A stretch of 64,000 nucleotides of DNA from an uncultured Candidatus Saccharibacteria bacterium (GTDB lineage Bacteria; Patescibacteriota; Minisyncoccia; Phycocordibacterales; Phycocordibacteraceae): assembly GCA_964652615.1 (NCBI GenBank), contig CAZZAT010000001.1, positions 153,886 to 217,885 of the forward strand. Reading direction: 5' to 3'. Below, piece after piece: positions 25,946 to 36,468 of the stretch. The notes beneath the pieces are model-generated. The model searched no databases, had not been told where the DNA came from, and saw nothing but the letters and a program-made list of their open reading frames with translations. Within the stretch, counting starts at the first letter, position 1. The number at the start of each line of letters is the position of its first letter. A program made the position numbers and the translations under genes.

Positions 25946-26261
25946 TTGCGGGGGCCGGAATCGAACCGGCGTCTGGAGGTTCTTTTACACCTTTTGTTTC
26001 CAAAAGGAATGGACTATCCCATGATCCCTGTAGGATCCTCCCATTATAGTCTCTGAACCTTACTCAATATGCATTGAGTCTTGGCTGCTGATTGCCGAAT
26101 CTTCCTGTTTTTTTGCATTCGCGCCCATCCTTTCAGATCACGCTGTAGCACAGAAAGCTCTAACGGTATTCCAGCAATTTAGAGAGTTTTTCCACTACCC
26201 GTTACCGGATAGGGTCACGTATTCACATGAGCCTCCCGAGGTACCTCTCCTCTACCCCGCT
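25946..26261 (-). tRNA. initiator-like tRNA-Met(CAU) interrupted by a group I intron after anticodon position 36 (exon1 26261..26227, exon2 25981..25946)
   Basis: Exon 1 is AGCGGGG-TA-GAGG-AGAGGTA-CCTC-G-GGAGG-CTCAT. Exon 2 is AA-CCTCC-AGAC-GCCGG-TTCGATT-CCGGC-CCCCGCA-A. Spliced, this is a canonical 71-nt tRNA with loop CUCAUAA, A11:U24, a 1:72 mismatch and GG in the D-loop. Confidence 0.7.
25982..26226 (-). ncRNA. group I intron (245 nt) in tRNA anticodon loop; P, Q, R, S elements present; no ORF
   Basis: Intron starts GUG (guide sequence complementary to the exon CAU) and ends in G. P-like AAATTGCTGGAA (26169-26180 rc), Q-like AATCAGCAGC (26084-26093 rc), R-like GTTCAGAGACTA (26047-26058 rc), S-like GGGATAGTCC (26011-26020 rc). 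Same insertion site as the Azoarcus tRNA-Ile intron. Confidence 0.75.
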
Positions 26262-26382
26262 ATAGTTTCGCTTCTCGTATGAAGCGTTTTCAGAGGATAC
26301 CACTGGGGAAGATACTTTTCAAGATTTAACCATTAGTATGGGATTCATATATCTGGATAAATTATGATGCTATAATTTAAGC

Positions 26383-26772
26383 ATGCCTCTGAAAGATCAA
26401 AACAAAAGAAAGCTATATCACGCGAAATACATGAAGGAAGTGTGGTATCCGAAAAATAAAAAGAAACATATCGGATATGTAAAGAGGAATAAGCTTCGAG
26501 TTGCAGAATTTATTGATGAATACAAACGAAAGCGAGCATGTATGGATTGTGGGTTCTCTGGAGAAAAATTCCCTTTTGTTTTGGATTTTGATCATATTAA
26601 AGGTAAACCCTCAAAGAGGTTCAGTATTGGAAGTTGGTCACGGTCAGTATTGAGCATTCAAGCAATTGAACAAGAAATCAGAAAGTGTGAGATAGTATGC
26701 GCAAACTGCCATCGCGTACGCACCTTTTCAAAATCCAAAAGGAGGACTACTAAATCTCCCCGAATTCCTTAA
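26383..26772 (+). CDS. HNH endonuclease (free-standing, AT-rich)
   Basis: CMDCG...LDFDHIKGK...VCANCHRVRT, a classic HNH/zinc-finger core. The gene is markedly AT-rich and divergent from the intron-containing tRNA 120 bp away. Confidence 0.8.
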   Translation: MPLKDQNKRKLYHAKYMKEVWYPKNKKKHIGYVKRNKLRVAEFIDEYKRKRACMDCGFSGEKFPFVLDFDHIKGKPSKRFSIGSWSRSVLSIQAIEQEIRKCEIVCANCHRVRTFSKSKRRTTKSPRIP

Positions 26773-27361
26773 AGACTCTTTCGTATTTCTGAATCGTACG
26801 GTACGCAATGTTGTCATCAAGTTTGAAATCAGAGCCGCGGTGCGCTATGTCATTTCGCACTTTGTGCGCTTCCCATGCTTCTTCTAAGGAAGCGAACTTT
26901 GCACCCTTCAATCGGTCCCCCACTGAAGCGCCTTCGTATCCTGCCTGTCGCAACACTTCTTCAAGCATAATGTCTGCTTCAATAATCGCTTGACGCCAAT
27001 CGCTTTCTTGGGCGCTTTCAATAAGCTGCCGTATATGAGCCCAGCGTGAATGATCTTTCGTCTTTTCAGCAACATCAGGAGCAAGCGTTGAGTACTTTTC
27101 CTTGTCCTCTGCTCCCTTAATTTGCCCTATGCGCATGGTTGCATAAGTGATGAGGCCGAGCGCAATGAGAACGAACAAGAAAGAAATAATGCCGAGGATA
27201 CCCCACGCATGAGAGAACCAGCCCATAAAAGCTTCAAAGAGAGACATCGCAGGCAAGGAAGGTGTCGTGCCTGTTGAAACGGAAAACTGCCCGCCGTAGA
27301 TGAGACGGAAGAAATATTCGAGATTCAAGTATCGTATTGGTCCACCGTCTGCGCCTTCCAT
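26750..27361 (-). CDS. hypothetical membrane protein
   Basis: One or two TM segments. The C-terminal half is predicted soluble. No motif recognised. Convergent 23-nt overlap with the HNH gene. Confidence 0.45.
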   Translation of the reverse strand: MEGADGGPIRYLNLEYFFRLIYGGQFSVSTGTTPSLPAMSLFEAFMGWFSHAWGILGIISFLFVLIALGLITYATMRIGQIKGAEDKEKYSTLAPDVAEKTKDHSRWAHIRQLIESAQESDWRQAIIEADIMLEEVLRQAGYEGASVGDRLKGAKFASLEEAWEAHKVRNDIAHRGSDFKLDDNIAYRTIQKYERVFKEFGEI

Positions 27362-27363
27362 TC

Positions 27364-28767
27364 CTATGAGTATACCGCCTCTCCTGCCTTAAAAAGACGT
27401 TCTTCAGCTCCATGGGGCGCCATGAACTGAATGCCTGAAGGCAGTTCTTTGCCTTCTTCTTGAACAGAACGCATAGGAACGGAGATGGCTGGCATGCCGG
27501 TAAGGTTTGCGGTCACCGTAAAGATATCTTCGAGATAGAGCGAGACCGTATCTGTTTTTGCGCCAATCTTGAATGCAGGGGTGGGCATAGTAGGAGTTGC
27601 AATCACGTCTACCGTTTCAAACGCTTTTGCATATTCCTCACGAAGAAGGGTGCGGACCGCATTTGCCTTACGGTAGTAGGCGTCAATATAGCCTGCAGAG
27701 AGCACATAGGTACCAAGCAGGATGCGTCTCTTGCTCTCGGGACCGAATCCTTCGGTTCGAGAGCGCACGTAATCTTCAAGAAGCGTATCTCCAGTCTTTG
27801 CCTCTCCGTAGCGCATGCCGTCATAGCGAGAAAGGTTCGTCGATACTTCAGCAAAGTTAATAATGTAGTATGCAGAAAGCGCAGGCTCTGCAGACGGAAT
27901 CTCTACGTCGACTATTTCGTATCCTTTTTCTTTGAGCTCATCGAGTGTCTCTTCAAAACGCTTCGCAACCGCACTTCCCTGCATGGCATCCATAACGGAA
28001 CGCAATACGCCTATACGCTTAACTTCAGATGAAGGCGCGTCATATGTATGCGTTGTACTATCAAGCGGATCTTCTCCTCGTATTGCTTCGTAGAGTATGC
28101 GCGCATCTTCAACCGTCTTTGCAATGGGACCCGCCTGATCAAACGAGGAAGCGGCGGCAATAAGCCCGCTGCGCGACACATGTCCGTAGGTTGGCTTCAA
28201 GCCTACGACGCCACAGTAGCTTGCAGGATTTCGCACGGAGCCACCGGTATCCGTTCCAAGCGCGCCAAGCGCCATATGGGCTGCAACGGCAGCAGCAGAT
28301 CCGCCTGACGTACCTCCTGCAACCCGCTCAAGGTCATGCGGATTTTTAGTGGGGCCATATGCTGAATTTTCGGTCGAACCTCCGAGCGCAAACTCATCCA
28401 TGTTCGTGCGCCCTATAAAAAGCGCTCCCGCGTCTTTAAGCTTCTTTGTTACGGTTGCATCATAGGTTGCAACATAGTTTCCAAGCATTTTGGAAGCGGC
28501 GCTCGCTATTCTTCCTTCAATAAGGATATTGTCTTTCATCGCAAGCGGAATCCCGCATAGAAGAGGCGCATCTCCTGCATCGATACGCTTCTGTGCTTCT
28601 TCTATTCCCCCGCCTGCATCAAACAATTCAAGGTAGGCATGCAGTTCTGGGTTTCTTTTTTTCGCTTCAGCAGTACAGGCATCCCACAGCTCTTGTACAG
28701 TGCATTCCTTTGCGCGAAGAGCGCGCGCCGCCTGTGCAATAGTAAGCTCGTGCAGAGGAGTATTCAT
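27364..28767 (-). CDS. gatA: Glu-tRNA(Gln)/Asp-tRNA(Asn) amidotransferase subunit A
   Basis: Amidase signature GGSSGGSAAAVAA and Ser-cisSer-Lys triad context. 467 aa. Confidence 0.95.
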   Translation of the reverse strand: MNTPLHELTIAQAARALRAKECTVQELWDACTAEAKKRNPELHAYLELFDAGGGIEEAQKRIDAGDAPLLCGIPLAMKDNILIEGRIASAASKMLGNYVATYDATVTKKLKDAGALFIGRTNMDEFALGGSTENSAYGPTKNPHDLERVAGGTSGGSAAAVAAHMALGALGTDTGGSVRNPASYCGVVGLKPTYGHVSRSGLIAAASSFDQAGPIAKTVEDARILYEAIRGEDPLDSTTHTYDAPSSEVKRIGVLRSVMDAMQGSAVAKRFEETLDELKEKGYEIVDVEIPSAEPALSAYYIINFAEVSTNLSRYDGMRYGEAKTGDTLLEDYVRSRTEGFGPESKRRILLGTYVLSAGYIDAYYRKANAVRTLLREEYAKAFETVDVIATPTMPTPAFKIGAKTDTVSLYLEDIFTVTANLTGMPAISVPMRSVQEEGKELPSGIQFMAPHGAEERLFKAGEAVYS

Positions 28768-28768
28768 A

Positions 28769-29059
28769 CTAGTCGTTACTGATGATCTGGCGCACTTTCA
28801 ACGCGCCCTTCTCCTCATCTCTAAACTGTTCTATAAGTTTTTCTGTATATATGCCTGTTTCGTGTGGGGTACCGTCTTCGCGAAGTACATTGCGAGACGT
28901 GGGGTGTGCATCAGGCGCGGCTGAAACCTGCAAAGACTCAAGCTGTCCCACATACCCGAGAATGCTCTCAAAATCAGCGGCAAAAGACGCCACTTCTTCC
29001 TCGGGAACCTGTATGCGTGCAAGCGCGGAGAGCCTGCGCACTTCTTCTTTCGAGTCCAT
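28769..29059 (-). CDS. gatC: Glu-tRNA(Gln) amidotransferase subunit C (start taken at MDSKEEV)
   Basis: About 97 aa, VRRLSALARIQVPEEEVASFAADFESILGYV, typical GatC. Immediately upstream of gatA. Confidence 0.8.
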   Translation of the reverse strand: MDSKEEVRRLSALARIQVPEEEVASFAADFESILGYVGQLESLQVSAAPDAHPTSRNVLREDGTPHETGIYTEKLIEQFRDEEKGALKVRQIISND

Positions 29060-29182
29060 GAGGGCACTGTAGCATAGAGAACGCCCGCCATCACGATGAT
29101 GGCGGGCGTCTATAGCACCGCCCACCGCAAGAATGAACACTTCTCTTGGCATCTCTACCTCCGTCCTTATCACGCCCCTCCT

Positions 29183-31222
<2,040 letters not shown>

Positions 31223-31675
31223 CTAGTACGTCACCTTGAGTCCGCGCTCGATACGACGTGTGTTTGTCGTATCGCAGGTATTGAAACCGCTCGCAAATAT
31301 CGTTGTCGAACCGGTGCTCCATTTATATACAACAACTGAACTTGCTGTCCCTGCTCCGCACGCAATCGAAAACGAACGCGTGCGCGGGCTTGCACCTCCA
31401 GGCGCACTAACGTTTATTGATGTTCCGCCGCAGCTAATGCTTGCTGCAGGTGTAAGATACGCAAAAGCATTGAACTGCTGATCATGATAGAGGGCACACT
31501 CCAGAGCGGTATCTGCGTTATAAAACGCAATTTGGGATTGGCGCGCAGAGGCCGCGAGAATCACTTGCTTGTATGCGATATCAAGAAGCGCGACGCCAAT
31601 AGCAAGCGCAACGGAAGAAAGTACGACCGCAATAAGCAAGGTGAAGCCTTTGTGAGAAGTGCGTATCATATCCAA
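31223..31675 (-). CDS. type IV pilin-like / pseudopilin (prepilin N-terminus KGFTLLIA)
   Basis: Class III signal-peptide-like N-terminus followed by a hydrophobic helix. Confidence 0.6.
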   Translation of the reverse strand: MDMIRTSHKGFTLLIAVVLSSVALAIGVALLDIAYKQVILAASARQSQIAFYNADTALECALYHDQQFNAFAYLTPAASISCGGTSINVSAPGGASPRTRSFSIACGAGTASSVVVYKWSTGSTTIFASGFNTCDTTNTRRIERGLKVTY

Positions 31676-32199
31676 TTGTGCATGTTATCAAACACATCTA
31701 TCGAGTACGTCTTGCCGGACGTTCTCCACTGCACGTTCACCCACACACGCACCTCGGTAGCACTCACGACATATATGCGAAGCAACCGCTTGAAACGCGT
31801 TTGGTTTCCGGAGCTTTGCTGGTTATACAGATTTGTTGAAGAGAGATAGAGAAAAGGTGCAGCGGATGTTGCGTTATGTGCCGCCATCGCCCCCGACTGC
31901 GTAATATGTCCGCGAGTCGGATCAACGGTGCAGTAGTTTCCGGGTGTTGCGCCATAGCATGAATATGAAGAAAGGTAGTGCATCCAAGTGTTCCCTGAAA
32001 GATAGTTGGTGTCGCGCACAGAACGTACATACTCCATTCCTTCTTGAGCGAGCTGCGAAGCAATGAGCTGGTCGCGTGCGACATAAGAACTTTGCACAGC
32101 ATTTTGTACGGCAACGAACGGTCCAATAAGCGCAACTGCAAGCAGCGTAATCGCCACCATCGTTTCTATGAGCGTAAAGCCTTTTCGAGGAGTCATCAT
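31666..32199 (-). CDS. pseudopilin (prepilin-type N-terminal cleavage/methylation domain, KGFTLIE)
   Basis: MMTPRKGFTLIETMVAITLLAV. Confidence 0.7.
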   Translation of the reverse strand: MMTPRKGFTLIETMVAITLLAVALIGPFVAVQNAVQSSYVARDQLIASQLAQEGMEYVRSVRDTNYLSGNTWMHYLSSYSCYGATPGNYCTVDPTRGHITQSGAMAAHNATSAAPFLYLSSTNLYNQQSSGNQTRFKRLLRIYVVSATEVRVWVNVQWRTSGKTYSIDVFDNMHNWI

Positions 32200-32786
32200 A
32201 GTTCAAGAAGCCGCTGGGTTGCACCACCCTGTATGGTAAAGGTCGTCGAAGCAGTTGGGCCGGTAGCCATTTCACCTCGAATAGTAAAGAGGACGTTGGG
32301 TTGTGCTCCATCTCCTGTCCCTACCCCGCGCAGATAAAAGGTAAGGCCATTAATGAAGATGCGCGGATCGGTAAGAGGCGTAGCGGCAGCTCCTCCAACA
32401 GAAGCCATAACTCGCCCATTTGAAAGCGAGTAAACGACAGGGCGTGCAGGCGTCTCGCTGTCATTAAACGAAAACTGCGTACAGGTGCCATTCCAATTGT
32501 TGCCATTTGCGCCCCCGGCAGGCGTGCACGTATACCCAGTACCCGTACGCATAGCGCGCGCCATACTGTCGACGGCAAAAGCAAGATTGTTCGCCACATC
32601 GTTTGTTGCGCGCGCATGTCTATCAAGGCGAATGAGTGAGAGGTACGCACCCGTTGCCGTAAGCATGACAATGGAGAAAATACCTACAGCAACAACCATC
32701 TCGAGCAATGTATAGCCTCTGTGCGTAGTGTTTCTCATGGGCATGTTCCAAACGCTACGGACACTTGGCCCACCTGCGAGACGCAA
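32196..32786 (-). CDS. pseudopilin (RGYTLLEMVVAV prepilin N-terminus)
   Basis: Prepilin peptidase motif G|YTLLE plus a hydrophobic helix. Confidence 0.7.
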   Translation of the reverse strand: MRLAGGPSVRSVWNMPMRNTTHRGYTLLEMVVAVGIFSIVMLTATGAYLSLIRLDRHARATNDVANNLAFAVDSMARAMRTGTGYTCTPAGGANGNNWNGTCTQFSFNDSETPARPVVYSLSNGRVMASVGGAAATPLTDPRIFINGLTFYLRGVGTGDGAQPNVLFTIRGEMATGPTASTTFTIQGGATQRLLEL

Positions 32787-33430
32787 ATGCCGCGGGTATC
32801 GCCTCCGTTATTCGATCGTATATATATCTCTGCTTTTGAAAGCGCGGTAGGACCAGCACTGCGCTGCCCAGTCATGATGGTATCGGTTGTATTCGAGCGA
32901 AGAAACACGACATCAATTGAGGAGAGTGAGTCGTTCGTTGAACAATATCGCGTGCCGTTTGAAGAAGCAGTACCGCATATATGGCTTAGCGAGAAGCGGT
33001 TGCTAAACGAGTAGCGTTGAACAAGACCGTCTGTGGCCACCTCGTAGCGACAGTTCCCCGGCTTCCAATCAGGCTGCCCCGAAGTTCCTTTCGGGCAGGC
33101 AGTAGGTGGAGAACTGCCGCCAATATCTGCAAACAAAATGTAGGATGAGGTATTGTTCGTAGCGAAATAGGCGCCATAGCCCGCATTCTGGACTGCACCG
33201 AACTTGCGGCTTGAAAGTCCGAGCGACTGCATCTCGCGAAGCGAAAGCGCTACCGTATACGCAGTGTCTGTAAGAAGCACCGAGCGATTGAACGTAGACT
33301 GCCCAAACAAAGAAATCATGGTGATGATAGCAATAATGGAGAGCACCACCAGCATTTCAACCAAGGTAAACCCGCGAGAAGCGAGCGTACTTTGCAAACG
33401 CTTTGGCTTTAGAGTCCGAGAAAGTTCCAT
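32735..33430 (-). CDS. pseudopilin (RGFTLVEMLVVL prepilin N-terminus)
   Basis: Prepilin motif G|FTLVE plus a hydrophobic helix. Confidence 0.7.
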   Translation of the reverse strand: MELSRTLKPKRLQSTLASRGFTLVEMLVVLSIIAIITMISLFGQSTFNRSVLLTDTAYTVALSLREMQSLGLSSRKFGAVQNAGYGAYFATNNTSSYILFADIGGSSPPTACPKGTSGQPDWKPGNCRYEVATDGLVQRYSFSNRFSLSHICGTASSNGTRYCSTNDSLSSIDVVFLRSNTTDTIMTGQRSAGPTALSKAEIYIRSNNGGDTRGICVSQVGQVSVAFGTCP

Positions 33431-34155
33431 TGTGTGAAGTAGGCGAGAAGAAAGCCGATAGCAAGAAACGGCACAAACGGCACCTCAATACCCATTCTAG
33501 GCCCCCCGCGCCGCACGAACAACACGACTATCCCCCAGAGCGCCCCTATCCAAAATGAGAACAAAACCCCGTAGAGCGCGTAGGGCGCCGCCACAAGAGC
33601 AAGCGAGAAAGAAACAGGAGCGTCCCCAAGACCCATTGCCCTTCCCTTTGAAAACACATGGAGCGCTAAAAATGAAAGCGCAATACCTCCTGCAATTAAA
33701 AGTGAGAGACCAAAAGAAGAGAGAGACGGAGCGGTAAGCCACGCAAAAAGAAGTGCAAGTGCCGCAAGAAGCGATGACGCTTGCGGCGGAACAAGCGTAT
33801 GTCGGATGTCGTAGATACCAATGAACAAAAGGACGGCAAGCAAGGCAAGGAGTGCAAAGAGCGCGAAAGATATGCCAAGAATAAGGTATGAGAGTACATA
33901 GAGCGCGGCAAGCAAAAGCTCAAAGACAACATACCCAAAAGGTACTTTCGCCCCACACATGCGACATCGACCACGATGTATAAGCCATGAAATAACCGGT
34001 ATGAGGTCGCGTGGCGTAAGCGCTAGGGCGCACGAGTTGCACCTCGAGCGGCTTTTTGCCCACGCCTGCCCCGTAAACAAACGCTCTGAAAGAACACCGA
34101 CGAAGCTTGCAACAATAGCGCCAAGAACAGCGAAGGAGAAACTGGTTATCATCAC
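33409..34155 (-). CDS. pilD: prepilin peptidase (A24 family)
   Basis: N-terminal CxxC...CxxC zinc-binding segment and polytopic peptidase A24 topology. Confidence 0.85.
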   Translation of the reverse strand: MMITSFSFAVLGAIVASFVGVLSERLFTGQAWAKSRSRCNSCALALTPRDLIPVISWLIHRGRCRMCGAKVPFGYVVFELLLAALYVLSYLILGISFALFALLALLAVLLFIGIYDIRHTLVPPQASSLLAALALLFAWLTAPSLSSFGLSLLIAGGIALSFLALHVFSKGRAMGLGDAPVSFSLALVAAPYALYGVLFSFWIGALWGIVVLFVRRGGPRMGIEVPFVPFLAIGFLLAYFTQWNFLGL

Positions 34156-34222
34156 TGTATTTTAACGCACCAAAAGAAAACAGCGCACCCTCATGGGTGC
34201 GCTGTTTTCAAGAAAACTCCTG

Positions 34223-34681
34223 CTAGTTACAGCTTGCCGTGGTGATGGCAGTCGAAGAGGTAGAGACCTTTCCGGTAGAGTCGATGCAGAACCCTTGAGC
34301 GTTCGAGGTCATCGGATGGAAGATAGCCCACGCCGTGGAGCTTGCCGCGCAGGTAGGATCGCTTGCCGAGGTTGCTGCCTTGAGATCAGTGATGATTTGA
34401 GCGATGTTTGGGCTCGTTGCTGCGAAGATACCGGAAGTACATGCAGTGGTGTCGTTCGCTGCGACAGTCACACCGTAGCTGTTTCCGTTATTGTCGTAAT
34501 AGATCTCTGCGTTCACCGCGATAGAGCGGATCTCGCTTTGAATCTTAGCGTCGGTTCCCTTTGAGCGTGCCGTGTTCAAGGATGCGAGAACAACAGACGA
34601 AAGGATACCGATAATTGCAATCACAACGAGAAGCTCGATGAGCGTAAAACCTCGCTTTGATGCCAAAGGTGCAATGTTCAT
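34223..34681 (-). CDS. pilA: type IV major pilin
   Basis: KRGFTLIELLVVIAIIGIL prepilin N-terminus. 152 aa with a C-terminal Cys pair. Confidence 0.8.
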   Translation of the reverse strand: MNIAPLASKRGFTLIELLVVIAIIGILSSVVLASLNTARSKGTDAKIQSEIRSIAVNAEIYYDNNGNSYGVTVAANDTTACTSGIFAATSPNIAQIITDLKAATSASDPTCAASSTAWAIFHPMTSNAQGFCIDSTGKVSTSSTAITTASCN

Positions 34682-34776
34682 AAGAATGTGTGAAGAATGT
34701 GCGCGGGTTGGTAAATAATTCCGCTTCCCTTCATTCTACGAGGAATACTGCGCGATACGCGTATGCGTGTGGATAA

Positions 34777-35985
34777 CTACGATATAGAACCGGCAAGATT
34801 GTAAATCGGAATAAGCACTGCAGAAAGGAGGATGCCCACGCCAAGACCAAGAAATACGATCATGAGCGGCTCGATAAGGTCGACGAGCGTGTCAACGGCT
34901 TGAGATACTTCGCGGCGATAGAACTTTGCAAGTGTATTCAAGATGTTTCCAAGTTCTCCCGTTTCCTCTCCCACCTTAATCATGGCTATCATGATGCCAG
35001 GAATTTCCTCATGCTTTGCAAGCGCATCTGAAATGGAAGAACCTCCTTTCACATCTTCCCCTACCTGTAGGAGTATGCGCTCATATACGGCGTTTCCTAC
35101 GACTGAACCAGTGATTTCAACCGCCTCCACTACCGGCACGCCGGAAGCAAGCATGGTTGAGAAGTTGTCTGAAATGCGCGAGAGGTAGAGTTTTTCATAG
35201 AGTTCGCCGATATACGGAACGCCAAGCTTCAAGCCATCGAAGAAAAGCTTCCCTTCTCCTGTCTGGAGCGCTCTCCATATAAAGAACCCGCCGATAACAA
35301 GCCCTACCATAATGAACGGACCGAAGTTCACAATGAAATCTGAAAGTGCTATGACGATCTTCGTATAAATCGGTATTTCCTGCCCCGAATCGATGAGTAT
35401 CTTCGAGACGTTTGGAATAACCAAAGTGAGCATGAGCGTCATCACGACGACGAAGACGACAACGACGAAAGCTGGGTAGATAAGAGCGTTCTGTGCCTTG
35501 CTCAACACTTCATAGGTGCGGTCGAGATAATCGGCAAGATAGCCGAATGTCTCAGAGAGTTTTCCGGCTTCTTCACCGCTCTTCACCATGTTTACGTAGA
35601 ACTTACTGAATGCTTTAGGGTGGCGTTCAAGCGCCTTTGAAATAGGGCTTCCTCCCTGCAAATCGTCTGCAACTTGCGTCAATATTTCAGAAAGATATTT
35701 ATTATCAACTTCAGCGGCAAGAAGACGGAAGACGCGCAGCGCAGAAACCTGCGCTTCAAAGAGTGTCGCGATCTGCCGTGAGAGAATAACTATTTCTTTG
35801 TTTGAGACCGATTTAAAGAGGCCGATGTCTGCAGATAGGAGCGACTTCTTTATAGAAGGCTCAATGGAAGAAACAATAAGACCGCGGCGCTGGAGCGTAG
35901 AAACAGCAACATCCATGGAAAGCGCTTCAACGCTTCCCTCTCGCTCATGCCCGTCTGTATCGAGGGCTTTATAGGTGAATAGCAT
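34777..35985 (-). CDS. pilC: type IV pilus assembly platform protein (GspF/PilC family)
   Basis: Two GspF repeats, 402 aa, three TM segments. Confidence 0.9.
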   Translation of the reverse strand: MLFTYKALDTDGHEREGSVEALSMDVAVSTLQRRGLIVSSIEPSIKKSLLSADIGLFKSVSNKEIVILSRQIATLFEAQVSALRVFRLLAAEVDNKYLSEILTQVADDLQGGSPISKALERHPKAFSKFYVNMVKSGEEAGKLSETFGYLADYLDRTYEVLSKAQNALIYPAFVVVVFVVVMTLMLTLVIPNVSKILIDSGQEIPIYTKIVIALSDFIVNFGPFIMVGLVIGGFFIWRALQTGEGKLFFDGLKLGVPYIGELYEKLYLSRISDNFSTMLASGVPVVEAVEITGSVVGNAVYERILLQVGEDVKGGSSISDALAKHEEIPGIMIAMIKVGEETGELGNILNTLAKFYRREVSQAVDTLVDLIEPLMIVFLGLGVGILLSAVLIPIYNLAGSIS

Positions 35986-36035
35986 GTGTATTTAGTATCG
36001 CATGGAGGCGGTAAAAATCTCCCCCACAAGGTGGA

Positions 36036-36458
36036 TTATCCGGTTTCTTTCCCCTCCCAAAATGCAGTACGTTGTGCATTAACAAACACTGACATTTCCT
36101 GACAGGCACGTATAAAAGCTGTTGGATTAGATGTTGTATTCGCCGTTTGTGCAAGCTCATCAAGAACTTTTACTTTTTCTGTATCCTGCATATCTGCTGG
36201 ATAGTCATGTAGTTCTTTGTCTTTAAGTGCGTACCGTTCTGAATATGTCTTAATCCCGATCCGTTGTACTTCCTGAAGCATTTGAGGAGTGAGTTGTGCA
36301 TAGTAGGAGTCAGTTGTTTCTCCTTTTTCATGAACTATGCCGTGTCTTTTTAGCGTACGACGCACAAGCGAGAATACCGCTGCAACTTCGTTGTGATAGT
36401 CACCCACAAAAGACTCTGGTCCTGTCTTTGATGCCAAAGCTTTTTCAAGCTCATCCAT
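36036..36458 (-). CDS. hypothetical protein embedded in pilus cluster
   Basis: 140 aa soluble protein, no motif recognised. Sits between pilC and pilT. Confidence 0.45.
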   Translation of the reverse strand: MDELEKALASKTGPESFVGDYHNEVAAVFSLVRRTLKRHGIVHEKGETTDSYYAQLTPQMLQEVQRIGIKTYSERYALKDKELHDYPADMQDTEKVKVLDELAQTANTTSNPTAFIRACQEMSVFVNAQRTAFWEGKETG

Positions 36459-36468
36459 ACATTAAGGG

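Noticed and set aside
25943-26261. tmRNA (ssrA) candidate, because of the tRNA-like T-arm/acceptor 3' end and about 320-nt length
   Set aside because: No GGNUUCGAC box after the 5' acceptor strand and no credible tag ORF. The two ends plus internal sequence instead splice into a canonical tRNA(CAU), and the insert contains group I P/Q/R/S elements. A much better tmRNA was then found next to smpB at 53900..54306.
26060-26380. Possible RNase P or other structured ncRNA in the ORF-free region between the intron-containing tRNA and the HNH gene (ACAGAAAGCUC resembled an RNase P CR-IV-like string)
   Set aside because: Other RNase P conserved regions (GGAAAGUCCGGGCUCC, AGGGUGAAANGGUGCGGUAAGAGCGCACC) are absent. 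Part of the region is accounted for by tRNA exon 1 and the intron 5' end.
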